The notes beneath the pieces were generated by a model. It was not told the origin of the DNA, searched no databases, and saw only the letters and a list, made by a program, of their open reading frames with translations. Below, one piece after another: positions 41,161 to 50,871 of a DNA stretch of 64,000 nucleotides. The stretch covers positions 1,344,001 through 1,408,000 of the forward strand of contig CAVSZB010000007.1 in assembly GCA_963732385.1 (NCBI GenBank), read 5' to 3'. Each line of letters begins with the position of its first letter. Position 1 is the first letter of the stretch. Position numbers and translations under genes: made by a program. The DNA comes from an uncultured bacterium (GTDB lineage: Bacteria; Krumholzibacteriota; Krumholzibacteriia; LZORAL124-64-63).

Positions 41161-42066
41161 TCAGATCTCCCGCAGGAAATCGACGATCTCGGCATGAAGA
41201 CCGGCGGGACCGTGGATCTGGAGGATCCGGTGCCCCCCCTCGGGGTAGAGCCGGAAGCGCGAGGCCTTGTGCCGCGCCTTGCGTTGGACCATTCGCAGGG
41301 AGACGGCCGCAATGCGCTCATCGTCCTGGCACTGCGCCGCGTAGACCGGCATGTCGAGCCGGGAGAGCAGCGGCCGCGCCTTTTCCATCGCCTCGAGTAT
41401 TTCGAGGCTCCAGCCGTACTTGCGCCGCACCCACTGCAGGCGGTGCACATTCAACCGCAACAACAGGCGCACGAAGAGCGGGAGGCACGGTTCGAGGGCC
41501 GGCGCGAGCAGCACGACGCCCTGCGGTTTCTCCTCGCCTGCGAGATGGATGGCGATCGCCGAGCCGAAGCCCAGACCGACGACGTGCACACGCGGGCCCA
41601 CCTCGCGCAGGAACCTCAGCCGCAGCCGGGCCTCCTGCAGGCAGGCGCGCCAGAGAACATCACCCAGGCCAGGCGCAAGGTTGGCGCGGGTCGGCAAGAG
41701 AGGAGCGTAAACGCTGAAACCGGCGTCGTGGATCGCCTCGGCCAGCGGACGCATCTCGGCCGGCGTGGAGGTGGCGCCATGGAGGAGCAGGACCGCGTCC
41801 GCTCCCTCCGCTCCGCCGAGCATGATCGAACGGTCGACCGGCGGAATGCCCCGCCGTTCCTCCAGTTCCGCGCGCAGTTTCTGGTGGGCGCGCAGCAGAC
41901 TGGCGCGGGCGCGCGGCGTGTCGGGACGCTGCCCGCGGGTGGTTTCCAACTCCCAGGCGGTCAAAGCGTGCCGGATCGTCTCCGGCCGGACTGCCCGCTC
42001 GCGCTCCTTCTCATCCGCCGGAAGAGGGCCGCCGGACCGTGCCGTGCTGTCGCTTTCGCTCGCCAA
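41161..42066 (-). CDS. Carboxylesterase/monoacylglycerol-lipase-like alpha/beta fold protein lacking the catalytic Ser
   Basis: VLLLHGATSTP.EMR.LA...GFSVYAP.LP, VVGLGFGS, DDERI, GGH. Confidence 0.8.
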   Translation of the reverse strand: MASESDSTARSGGPLPADEKERERAVRPETIRHALTAWELETTRGQRPDTPRARASLLRAHQKLRAELEERRGIPPVDRSIMLGGAEGADAVLLLHGATSTPAEMRPLAEAIHDAGFSVYAPLLPTRANLAPGLGDVLWRACLQEARLRLRFLREVGPRVHVVGLGFGSAIAIHLAGEEKPQGVVLLAPALEPCLPLFVRLLLRLNVHRLQWVRRKYGWSLEILEAMEKARPLLSRLDMPVYAAQCQDDERIAAVSLRMVQRKARHKASRFRLYPEGGHRILQIHGPAGLHAEIVDFLREI

Positions 42067-42439
42067 ATCCTCATCCCCGTCCGCGGCGCGGGCCGCTCAG
42101 CCGATGTGCCCGGGCCGGTCGCAGATGACGTCCGGCCACGCTCCCGGTTCCCGACGAACCGACACCGCGTGATCCTGGTGCCTGCCGCTCAGGACGAAGG
42201 CCAGACCCCTGCCGGGCCGCTTCGCGGCCGGCAGGTCCGCCCCGGGATCATCTGAAATGAATAGGTCCTCCGGCGCGGTGACGCCAACCCTTTCCGGCGC
42301 TTCCCGGCAGATCAGCCCCTCCGATTTGCCGCTCGTGACCGCCACGCAGCCGGCGGCAGCCTCCCGGGCGGCTCTGCCGGCCGACCGGGCCGGGGGTCGC
42401 CCCGACACCCCCTCGACCTCAGGCGGGCTGGCGCGGGGC

Positions 42440-43615
42440 TCACGCAGAGGCGGCAGGCGGACCCTCCTTCCCACCGGATGCGGCGAGCGCGGCCAGCTCT
42501 GCATCGTAGCGAGGCGCCAGGCGCTCCCAGCAGAATGCGTCGCACGCGGGGGGCAGGCCGCAGACGTGCCCGCAGCGCCCCGCCAGAACGTCGCGCAAAA
42601 GCGCTGTCAGCCCCGCCTCGCCGTCGTAGAGATGCCGGCCCCGGCACTGGCGACCGTAGAGAGAGGGGTAGACCTGCTCACGCGGCAGCACGGCGAAGGC
42701 GCCGGCATGCACCGCTTCGGCGACCGCGATGCCAAAGTACTCCTGTGCCGCGCAACTGACGACCACATCCGCCCTCGCGAGCCAGGAATCGTAGCCCTGG
42801 CCCGCCGGCGCCTCCCCCCAGGCCACCACGCGCGAGCCGAGGCATTCGCGCAGCGGAGCGAATGCCTCCTCGCGGCCGCGCGGATCGCCGAGCAGGGCGA
42901 CCCGGAACGGCACCCCCTCGGCCGCAAGGCACCGCAGCGCGCCGACCAGCCACTCCGGACGCTTGTCGAACTCCCAGCGGTGGTTCCAGAGGATGAGCGG
43001 AGCTTCGCCATCGCGGGGCCAGGTCGGTCCGGCATCATCCGCGCACGGCCCGCCCAGATACGGCGCACCACCGTCGTCGGGACGACAGGCGCGGGCGAGG
43101 CCAACCGGCAAAACCGCACTTTTGGCCTCGATCCGGGGCCGCACGCCACGCGGGATCGCTTCGGGCATCCGACCGAGATAGGCGGGAATTCCATCCAGAA
43201 AAAGACCCCTGTGGTACTCGGAATTAAAGATCACGCGGTCGGCGGCCAGCGCCGACACGATGTTGGTGGCCCCGAAATGGAAGTCGAATTCCTCTTCCGG
43301 CGACAGGGGGTAGGTCAACTGGTTTTCGTGCATATAGAGTAGAAGGGGCTGGCGATCGTAGGGGGGATCGAGCATCCCGCGGAAGTCGGCCACGTTCAGG
43401 AAATCGGTGGCCAGGATCAGGTCGCACGGCGGCCGCGCAGCGTTGATCGCGTCGGCGAACCAGGGGGCGGCGCCTCGCAGGCGCCATTTCCAGAAGCGCG
43501 CCGGCAGCGTCCAGCCGTGGACCCGGTGGCCGGAACGGGCCGTTAATCCTTCCCGGAAGGCGCGATGCGAACCCCCGTCATACGGTTCTACGAACAGGAT
43601 ATCCAATGGTGACAA
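42440..43615 (-). CDS. DUF3524/GTDC1 (QTMAN-like) GT-B glycosyltransferase
   Basis: EPYDGGSH, LPARFWKWRLRG, YMHENQLTYP, NIVSALAAD...FNS.Y, ILWNHRWEFDK.P, EYFGIAVAEA, YP.LY: the motif series I recognise for this family. Confidence 0.88.
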   Translation of the reverse strand: MSPLDILFVEPYDGGSHRAFREGLTARSGHRVHGWTLPARFWKWRLRGAAPWFADAINAARPPCDLILATDFLNVADFRGMLDPPYDRQPLLLYMHENQLTYPLSPEEEFDFHFGATNIVSALAADRVIFNSEYHRGLFLDGIPAYLGRMPEAIPRGVRPRIEAKSAVLPVGLARACRPDDGGAPYLGGPCADDAGPTWPRDGEAPLILWNHRWEFDKRPEWLVGALRCLAAEGVPFRVALLGDPRGREEAFAPLRECLGSRVVAWGEAPAGQGYDSWLARADVVVSCAAQEYFGIAVAEAVHAGAFAVLPREQVYPSLYGRQCRGRHLYDGEAGLTALLRDVLAGRCGHVCGLPPACDAFCWERLAPRYDAELAALAASGGKEGPPAASA

Positions 43616-43676
43616 GGGGTTGTCCTCCCTGAACCCGTTCCGTAACGGCTGCGGACGCGGCGCGCAGTCCGCCGCG

Positions 43677-43706
43677 TTGATGCGGCCGGCCTCCTCATTA
43701 TATATT
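43677..43706 (+). promoter_or_regulatory. Possible sigma70 promoter for queF in the divergent GT/queF spacer
   Basis: TTGATG followed 16-18 bp later by TATATA/TATATT in an AT-rich patch. Confidence 0.4.
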
Positions 43707-43797
43707 AGCAGGGCGCGGCCCCGGTATCACCTCCACGGGCAGATCGTGAGCGCAGGTTGACGGTCTGTCTGTGGCCCGCCTGAAAGGACCCCTTCCC

Positions 43798-44178
43798 ATG
43801 CCATCGAGCCCGGCGCGTGAGATCGAGACCTTCCCCAATCCCAATCCGGAACGGGACTACGAAATCGCGTTCGACTGTCCGGAGTTCACCTGTCTCTGCC
43901 CGCTGACCGGACAGCCCGACTTCGCCCGCTTCCAGATCACCTATGTGCCGGACGGGACCTGCGTGGAACTGAAGTCGCTCAAGCTCTATCTCTGGTCGTA
44001 CCGGAACGAAGGAGCCTTCCACGAGGCGGTCACCAACCGGATCGCCGACGACCTGATCGCGGCCGTGCGGCCGCGGCGTCTCGCGGTCGCCGGAGACTGG
44101 TTCGTGCGCGGGGGAATCGCCACGCGGGTGCTCGTCACTTACGGACAGACCGACACCGGCGCTCAGGAGGCCCCTTGA
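43798..44178 (+). CDS. queF: NADPH-dependent preQ0 reductase (unimodular QueF)
   Basis: [24 protein letters not shown] (QueF motif), FHE, RGGI; SD GAAAGGA. Confidence 0.96.
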   Translation: MPSSPAREIETFPNPNPERDYEIAFDCPEFTCLCPLTGQPDFARFQITYVPDGTCVELKSLKLYLWSYRNEGAFHEAVTNRIADDLIAAVRPRRLAVAGDWFVRGGIATRVLVTYGQTDTGAQEAP

Positions 44179-44247
44179 GCGTGACTCCCGGGGTCGACGC
44201 TTCGCCGCGCGACGTCACCGGCGCCGACCTCATCATCGACGGCAGCA

Positions 44248-45264
44248 TCACGACCTGAGCTCATCCGGCGGCACGACGAACGACAGCGCGCGTCCGCAGC
44301 CCGGACAGTGCGCGCCGTCGCGCAGCAGGACGCGCGTGGCGAACCCCTCGCGCGCGACACACAACTCACTGCAGTGCGGACAGACCGTGTCCGCGCCGCC
44401 GCGCAGCCGGACATTCCCCACGTAGACGTAATGCAGCTTCCGACGCGCGAACGCGGCGGCGCGGGCGAGCGTGGCCGACGGCGTGGGCGGCGCGCTGAAC
44501 TTCCAGTCGGGCCGGTAGGCGGAAAAATGCAGCGGCACGTCGCGCCCCACCTCGGCCACGAAATCGACCAGGCGCCCGATCTGCGCCGCCTCGTCGTTAC
44601 AGCCCGGGATGACAAGATTCGTCACCTCGAGATGCACGCCCAACTCCCGGCAGGTCCGGATCGTGGCCAGCACCGGCGCCAGGCTCGCCCCGCAGATCTG
44701 CCGGTAGAAGCCGTCGTCCATCGCCTTGAGGTCGATGTTCGCGGCGTCGACCAGCGGCAGCAGCTGGCGCAGTGGTTCCGGGTTGAGGAAACCGTTCGAT
44801 ACGATGACGTTGCGCAGTCCGGCCGCGCGGGCCAGCCGCGCCGTATCCCGTACGAATTCGTACCAGACGAGCGGCTCGCTGTAGGTGAACGCCACGCCGA
44901 TCGAATGGCGCGCCAGCGCGAGCGCGACCACCTCCTCAGGCGCAGAGACGGCGGCGGCCGCAGCGCGTCCCTGGCTGAGCGTCCAGTTCTGGCAGAACCG
45001 GCAGTGGAGGTTGCACCCCTGCGCGGCGATCGACAGGATCGAAGCCCCGGGGTGGAAATGGTAGAGCGGCTTCTTCTCGATCGGATCGACGGCGGTCGAG
45101 ACGATGCGGCCGTACTCCTTCGCGATCATGCGCCCACCGGCATTGGTGCGCGACCCGCAGGGGCCGTCGCGCCCGTCCGGCAGCCGGCAGCCGTGCGGAC
45201 AGAGCTCGCACTGGACCGCGCCGTCGGGCAGGGCGCTCCACCAGGCCGCCACGTGCGTCACCAT
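44248..45264 (-). CDS. amrS: AmmeMemoRadiSam system radical SAM enzyme
   Basis: CELCPHGC, DPIEKKPLYHFHPG, GCNLHCRFCQNW, AFTYSEP, NIDLK, PLHFS.Y.P, YVYVGN, two C-terminal CxxC. Confidence 0.93.
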   Translation of the reverse strand: MVTHVAAWWSALPDGAVQCELCPHGCRLPDGRDGPCGSRTNAGGRMIAKEYGRIVSTAVDPIEKKPLYHFHPGASILSIAAQGCNLHCRFCQNWTLSQGRAAAAAVSAPEEVVALALARHSIGVAFTYSEPLVWYEFVRDTARLARAAGLRNVIVSNGFLNPEPLRQLLPLVDAANIDLKAMDDGFYRQICGASLAPVLATIRTCRELGVHLEVTNLVIPGCNDEAAQIGRLVDFVAEVGRDVPLHFSAYRPDWKFSAPPTPSATLARAAAFARRKLHYVYVGNVRLRGGADTVCPHCSELCVAREGFATRVLLRDGAHCPGCGRALSFVVPPDELRS

Positions 45265-46352
45265 GGCGCCTCCGGCAACCGCCCGCCGTTGGCAACGACC
45301 GTGGCGGCGTTGCGCCGCAGGCCGTCGGGATGGGCGCGCCAGAGCGGCGACCGGCAAAAGCGCCGGCGGAACTCCTCCGCGTCGATTTCGAGCAGGTCGG
45401 CCAGGCTCGCCTGGGCATGCGCCGGATCGAGCCCGTACTCCGGACGGACCGCCCCGCCGAAACGCGCCGCCCGACGGTTCCAGGGACAGACCGCCTGGCA
45501 GATGTCGCAGCCAAACAGCCGTCCCCCCTGGCGGGCCGCCTCGCCCACCGGCAGACGGCCGTGCCATTCGATCGTCCAGGTGGAGATGCAGCGGTTGGCG
45601 TCGATCACGAACGGGATGTCGAGCGCTCCGGTGGGACAGGCGTCCTGACATAGCCGGCAGGAACCGCAGCGCGAGGCCGGTCCCGGCCCGGCCGTGCGGG
45701 ACGCCGAAACGGAGGCGGTTCGCGGCGTCGCGCCCCAGAGCGGGGCCGCCGCCGGCGCTCCCGCTGCCGGCAACCCGTCCACCGCCAGTCCGACTGCGGC
45801 CACGCCGAGGAACAGCCCCGATCCAAGCCGCTCATGGATCAGGCAGCTGTTGCGCCCGAAGAAACCGAGCCCGGCGAGCCAGGCGTACTCCCGCTCCAGA
45901 TAGGGTCCGGTATCGACCGCGGCGTGCGCAGGGAACGGGCCGAGCGCCCGACGCAGGTCATCGACCACCCCCTTCACATCGGAGAGCAGGAGGTCATGGT
46001 AATCGCGCCCGCGCGCGTAGCGGGCCACACCGTCGGTCCAGGGACGACCGGGCGCGGCGCCCTCCCACGGCGAGCGATCGTCGGGCGACCACCCGGCCAC
46101 ATAACGCTGCGCGAAGACGAGCAGCGCGCGCGCCCAGGGGCGCTGCACGGTCGGATCAACGCGCGCGTCCGGATCGCGGGCGAGCCAGGCGAGACCGGCG
46201 TGCCGGCCGTCCGCCAGCCAGGCGTGAAAGGTGTCGGCATGCGGCAGCGGACAGGGCAGCGCCACCGCACCGGCCAACGCGATCCCGCGCGGCGGGCAGA
46301 ACTCGCCCAGCAACCGGGCCAGGCGCTCCGACGTGACGCGCGGGTCCGTCAT
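45258..46352 (-). CDS. queG: tRNA epoxyqueuosine(34) reductase (cobalamin-dependent)
   Basis: VARYARGRDYH, VDTGP.LER..A..AGLG..G.N, CGSCRLCQDACPTGA, DANRCIS..TIE, FGCDICQAVCPWN. Confidence 0.94.
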   Translation of the reverse strand: MTDPRVTSERLARLLGEFCPPRGIALAGAVALPCPLPHADTFHAWLADGRHAGLAWLARDPDARVDPTVQRPWARALLVFAQRYVAGWSPDDRSPWEGAAPGRPWTDGVARYARGRDYHDLLLSDVKGVVDDLRRALGPFPAHAAVDTGPYLEREYAWLAGLGFFGRNSCLIHERLGSGLFLGVAAVGLAVDGLPAAGAPAAAPLWGATPRTASVSASRTAGPGPASRCGSCRLCQDACPTGALDIPFVIDANRCISTWTIEWHGRLPVGEAARQGGRLFGCDICQAVCPWNRRAARFGGAVRPEYGLDPAHAQASLADLLEIDAEEFRRRFCRSPLWRAHPDGLRRNAATVVANGGRLPEAPW

Positions 46353-46362
46353 GCCATCCACC

Positions 46363-47328
46363 TCAGGAACGCGCCGGCGGGACAAGCCGCGCCACCGCGT
46401 CGTCGTATCCGGCGAGCAGACGCGCCACGACTGCGGCCACGGTCGGCACGTCGTCGATCAATCCGGCCACCTGGCCGATCTCGAGCTCGCCCTCCTCCAG
46501 ATCCCCCTCGAGCATGCCGCGGCGCGCGCGCCCCTCGCCCAGCAACTCCGTCAGCGTCTCCCGCGACGCGCCGGCCGCCTCGAGCCGCATGATCTCGTCA
46601 CGGAAGCGGTTGCGCAACAGCCGCACCGGCACGAGCGGCTTGAGACAGAGCTGCGTGTCGGCCGGACCGGCCGCCACCACCGCCCGCTTCCAGTCCGGAT
46701 GCCCCGACGACTCCTCCGTGATCGCGAATCGCGACCCCACCTGCACCCCCTCCGCCCCGAGCGCCAGCGCCGCCGCCAGTTGCGCCCCGGTGGCGATCCC
46801 CCCCGCCGCGATGACAGGTATCTTCACGGCAGCGACGCACTGCGGCACGAGCACCAGCGTTGTCAGTTCCTCGCGCCCGTTGTGCCCCCCCGCCTCGAAC
46901 CCCTCGCACACCACCGCATCGCATCCCGCCTCCTCGCACTTGCGCGCCAGATCGGGATGCGCCACCACGTGCGCGCTGATGCAGCCCTCGCTCTTGAGCC
47001 GCCCCACGATCCGCTTCGGAGACCCGGCCGACGTGACGAAGATGCGCACCCCCTCCGTCAGCGCGACCTCGAGACACGCGGCGGCGTGAGGGTAGAACAG
47101 CGGCAGGTTCACGCCGAACGGGCGGTCGGTGAGCGCGCGCGTGGCGCGGATCTGCTCGTGCAGGAGATCGGGCCGCAGGGAACCGGCGCCGAGCAGCCCG
47201 AGACAGCCGGCCTCGGCCGCAGCGCCGGCGAGTCGCGCGCCGGAGTTATAGACCATGCCGGCCTGGACGATCGGATGGGCGATGCCGAACAGCTCGCAGA
47301 CGCGGTTGCGGGGCCAACGGGAGGTCAT
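46363..47328 (-). CDS. FabK / nitronate-monooxygenase-family flavoenzyme
   Basis: PIVQAGM, TDRPFGVN, EGFEAGGHNG, PVIAAGGI, GVQVGSRF, GQVAGLI. Confidence 0.9.
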   Translation of the reverse strand: MTSRWPRNRVCELFGIAHPIVQAGMVYNSGARLAGAAAEAGCLGLLGAGSLRPDLLHEQIRATRALTDRPFGVNLPLFYPHAAACLEVALTEGVRIFVTSAGSPKRIVGRLKSEGCISAHVVAHPDLARKCEEAGCDAVVCEGFEAGGHNGREELTTLVLVPQCVAAVKIPVIAAGGIATGAQLAAALALGAEGVQVGSRFAITEESSGHPDWKRAVVAAGPADTQLCLKPLVPVRLLRNRFRDEIMRLEAAGASRETLTELLGEGRARRGMLEGDLEEGELEIGQVAGLIDDVPTVAAVVARLLAGYDDAVARLVPPARS

Positions 47329-47560
47329 CGGGCTCCTTCCGGAAAGATAGCTACGAGCAGGGAGGACAGCGCCTCGGCCCCCTCCCGGGCCAGACTAGCA
47401 TGCCGGGAGCCCGGAACGGACTGCAGGATGGCGCCCGGCCCGAACCAGACACCACCCAGGCCTTGTTAAAATATTTTACGCCTTGGAGTTGCTGGATAAT
47501 CACGGGGCGCTGGCCAGGCCTCGTCCGGCGGATGATCGGAGTCGATAACGCGCCCCGCGC

Positions 47561-49228
47561 TCAGGCCTCGTCAGCTCGCCGCAGGAGCAGGAAGGTGACG
47601 TCGTCGTTGAGCGGCACCTCGCCCAGGAACGCGCGCAGGTCGCTTACGATCGCCTCGGCGACCGCCTCGATCGGCTGGGCGCGCGCCTGGCACAACGCGG
47701 TGATCAGGCGTTCTTCATCGTAGAACTCCTCGCCCAGCGTCGCCTCCGGAATGCCGTCGGTGTGGATGCAGAGCAGGGCGCCCGGCGGGAGTTCGACGTC
47801 GGCGCTCCTGTAGACGGCGCCCGGGATGAGTCCGAGCGGGAGACCGGTCGACGAAAGGCGGCGCGCCGCGGTTGCGTCGTGGAGCAGGATCGGCGGGTTG
47901 TGCCCGGCGTTGACGTAGGTCAGCCGGTGAGCACGCGGGTCGAGCACGCCGATGAACAGGGTGACGAAGTGCAGGTCGTCGGACGCGTGCAGCAGTTGGC
48001 GGTGCACGCGCTCGACGACGGTTTCGAGCGCGCCTTTCTCGGCGTAGAGCACACGCAGCGCGGCCAACGTGTTGGACATCAGCAGCGCGGCGCCCATCCC
48101 CTTGCCGGTCACGTCGCCCACGACCACCACGACGCGTCCGTCTTCGAGCACCGCCGTGTCGTGCAGGTCGCCTCCCACCTCGTAGCACGGGATCTGGCGC
48201 GCCAGGATGTCGTAACCCGGCACTTCGGGCCGCGTGGTCGGCAGCAGGTGGCGCTGCACCTGCGCCGCGGCCGCGGCCTCGCGCGACATCCGATCCTTCT
48301 CGGCCTTCAGCTCGAGCAGCCGAACGTTGGCGATCTTCACCGCGATCAGGTTGGCCAGGAACGAGAAGAGACGCAGCTTTTCGGCGTCGTAACGCGCCAG
48401 CGGGTCATCGCTGTCGGCGTAGAGCAGGCCGATCGCCTGTTCGCTGTCGACCAGAGGAGCGACCATCGCCGAGCGCAACCGCGAAGCCACGATGCTCTCG
48501 CGACCGCTGAATCGCGCGTCAGACGGCGCGTCGTTGAGAACCATCGCCTCCCTGCCCCCGAGCACGGTATCGAGAAGCGTTCGGCTGAGGATGAGATTGG
48601 ACGTGTCCACAGCCTGCGCCGGACGCGACGCGAAAACCGTGAAGTCCCTGCCATCCTCCCGCGAAAGCAGGAGCAGGTAGCGCCGCGCCGGCACCAGCTG
48701 TTCGACCAGGCCAAGCAATTGGTCGCAGGTCCCGTTCAGGGGGCCCGGCAGGACGAGAAACTGGCCGACCTTCTCCAGGGCGCTCATCAGCAGACGATCG
48801 CCCTCGGGCAGCGAGGCGGGCGACACGTTCACCTGGTCGAGGCTGACCCGCGAGGCGGCGATCACCGAGAGTTCCGAGCCCGGACCGGCCGGACCGGCGA
48901 GCGAGTCGGCGAAGAGAGTCCGGCCCAGGGTCGCCTCGCCGCCTTCTGACACCACCATCATCAGGACCGAGCCAAGGCTGAGGCGGTCCCCGCGTACGAG
49001 CGACACCGGATCGGTCACGAGAGCGTCGTTCAACCACGTGCCGTTCTTGCTGCCGAGGTCCTGCACGGCGACGCGGTGCTCCTCCACCGCGATCTCGGCG
49101 TGCTCCCGCGACACGGACCGGTCGTCGAGCACGACATCGTTGACCGGTGCCCGTCCGAGCCGGTGCCGGCCCGGTCGCAGCGGCACCCGGATCTCCCGGC
49201 CCGCGAGCGAGCCTCTCAATTCGAGCAA
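47561..49228 (-). CDS. FHA - GAF - SpoIIE/PP2C phosphatase
   Basis: FHA (LGR...VSREHA...DLGSKNGT), GAF (SAMVAPL...GLLYAD), PP2C (GGD, DVTGKG, AGHNPP, TDG, DDVT); TTG start after AGGAGG. Confidence 0.92.
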   Translation of the reverse strand: MLELRGSLAGREIRVPLRPGRHRLGRAPVNDVVLDDRSVSREHAEIAVEEHRVAVQDLGSKNGTWLNDALVTDPVSLVRGDRLSLGSVLMMVVSEGGEATLGRTLFADSLAGPAGPGSELSVIAASRVSLDQVNVSPASLPEGDRLLMSALEKVGQFLVLPGPLNGTCDQLLGLVEQLVPARRYLLLLSREDGRDFTVFASRPAQAVDTSNLILSRTLLDTVLGGREAMVLNDAPSDARFSGRESIVASRLRSAMVAPLVDSEQAIGLLYADSDDPLARYDAEKLRLFSFLANLIAVKIANVRLLELKAEKDRMSREAAAAAQVQRHLLPTTRPEVPGYDILARQIPCYEVGGDLHDTAVLEDGRVVVVVGDVTGKGMGAALLMSNTLAALRVLYAEKGALETVVERVHRQLLHASDDLHFVTLFIGVLDPRAHRLTYVNAGHNPPILLHDATAARRLSSTGLPLGLIPGAVYRSADVELPPGALLCIHTDGIPEATLGEEFYDEERLITALCQARAQPIEAVAEAIVSDLRAFLGEVPLNDDVTFLLLRRADEA

Positions 49229-49511
49229 GGTCCCTCCTGGTCGGACGGCGACGGAGCGGTCACGGGGGGAGCGGACAGGCGGCGCAACCCCTGAGCGCAG
49301 GCCTGATCCCACCACGCTACGGCCGACCCGTCAAACCGCAACTGAATTAGTCGTGGATCTGCTCTTCGCGGCAGGACAGCCCGCGTCGCCTGCCCTGGCC
49401 AGTTCGCGGGACGCGGCCAGATCGCACAAGCGGTGAGATGACGTGACCTGATTGAAAACTCGCTTGCAGTCGGCTGCACATCAGGAATCAAGCCGGTCTG
49501 ACGAGGGCCGG

Positions 49512-50075
49512 CTACAGCCCGAGTTCACCGGCGATGCCGGTCAGCGCCGCCAGCACATGCGCGATGACCTCCTCCACCTCGAGGCCGAGCGCGGCCGCCC
49601 CCTCGGCGATCTCCTCGCGATTGACCTTGGCGGCGAAGTCCTTCTTCTTCAGCTTCTTCTTCACCGATTCGACCTTCACCGCGGCGATTTTCCGGTCGGG
49701 CTGGACCATCGCGCAGGCCATGCAAAAGCCGCAAAGTTCGTCGACGGCGAAGAGCCACCGTGCACGATCGGTCTCACGCGGAACGCCGGTGTAGGAGGCA
49801 TGGGAGAGGATCGAGCGCACGAACTCCTCCGGATAGCCCCGCTCCCGGAGGATCTCGGCCCCCTTGTTGGCGTGGTCGGGAATGTCGGGCCAGCGCTCGT
49901 AGTCGAAATCGTGGAGCAGGCCGGCAGCGCCCCAGGTTTCCGGATCGTTGCCGGTGCGCGCGGCGGCGGCGCGCATGGCCGCCTCCACGGCATAGGCGTG
50001 GCGGCGCAGCGCCTCGCCGGAGGTGTATTCGTGCAGCAGGGCCAGGACATGATCGCGGGCGTACAATGCGGTCAT
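49512..50075 (-). CDS. HD-domain phosphohydrolase
   Basis: RRHAYAVE, GLLHDFDYE, ILSH, AVDELCG. Confidence 0.88.
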   Translation of the reverse strand: MTALYARDHVLALLHEYTSGEALRRHAYAVEAAMRAAAARTGNDPETWGAAGLLHDFDYERWPDIPDHANKGAEILRERGYPEEFVRSILSHASYTGVPRETDRARWLFAVDELCGFCMACAMVQPDRKIAAVKVESVKKKLKKKDFAAKVNREEIAEGAAALGLEVEEVIAHVLAALTGIAGELGL

Positions 50076-50109
50076 CGGGATCCTTCCGGACGGCGGCGCG
50101 ACCCCGCCG

Positions 50110-50844
50110 CTACAGCGTCAGTTCGCCGGCGTGGGCCCGCAGCCACGCGCGCTGCTCCGGGTAGTCCGGGCAGACCTCGCGCAGCAGGGCGTGGAAGCGC
50201 CGGCTGTGATCGAAGTGCACGAGGTGGCACAGCTCGTGCAGCACGATGGCGTCGATCACCCCGACCGGAGCCATCACGAGACGGTAGCAGAACGAGAGCG
50301 TGCCGCCGTGAGAGCAGCTGCCCCAGCGGGTGGCGCGCTCGCCGATCACGATTTTGCGCGGCGTCACGCCGACGCGTGGCCAGAGCAGCAGCACCCGCCC
50401 CGTGATCACCTCGCGGGCGAGGCCGCGCAGCCAGCGTTCGAGATCGGGCCGCGGGTCGAGCAGACGGGCGGCCGGCAGCCTGGCCTCGAGGGTGCCGCCC
50501 AACAGATCGATCCGCGTGCGGACCCGGCCCTCGGCAAGCGGGGCCACGACCAGACGGCGCGGCTCCCCGAGCACCGGGATCTCCCGCCCCGTGGCCACTT
50601 CGCGCCGCACCGGCCCCTGCCTCACGCCGTAGATCTCCAGTTGCCGATCAAGCCAATCCGCGTGTTCGCGCAGGGCTCGCGCCACCTCGGACCGACCCAT
50701 CCGGCGCGGCAGCACCACCACGAGCCCGTCGTCGTGCGTGATCCGGAGGGTGAGACGACGCGCCCGGTCGCTGCGCCGCACGCAGAAGCGGGCGGGGCGG
50801 CCGGCGATGAGCGTGACTTCGCTCTTCTCGGGGGCTCGGGGCAT
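50110..50844 (-). CDS. YgjP/DUF45-family zinc metallohydrolase
   Basis: RS.RARR..LRI, RWGSCS, LHELCHL..FDHS..F. Confidence 0.88.
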   Translation of the reverse strand: MPRAPEKSEVTLIAGRPARFCVRRSDRARRLTLRITHDDGLVVVLPRRMGRSEVARALREHADWLDRQLEIYGVRQGPVRREVATGREIPVLGEPRRLVVAPLAEGRVRTRIDLLGGTLEARLPAARLLDPRPDLERWLRGLAREVITGRVLLLWPRVGVTPRKIVIGERATRWGSCSHGGTLSFCYRLVMAPVGVIDAIVLHELCHLVHFDHSRRFHALLREVCPDYPEQRAWLRAHAGELTL

Positions 50845-50871
50845 GCGATCTTCTCTCTCGCCACGCCCGTC

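Noticed and set aside
43616..43797. preQ1 riboswitch upstream of queF
   Set aside because: No recognisable preQ1 stem-loop plus A-rich tail by eye; an Infernal scan would be decisive.
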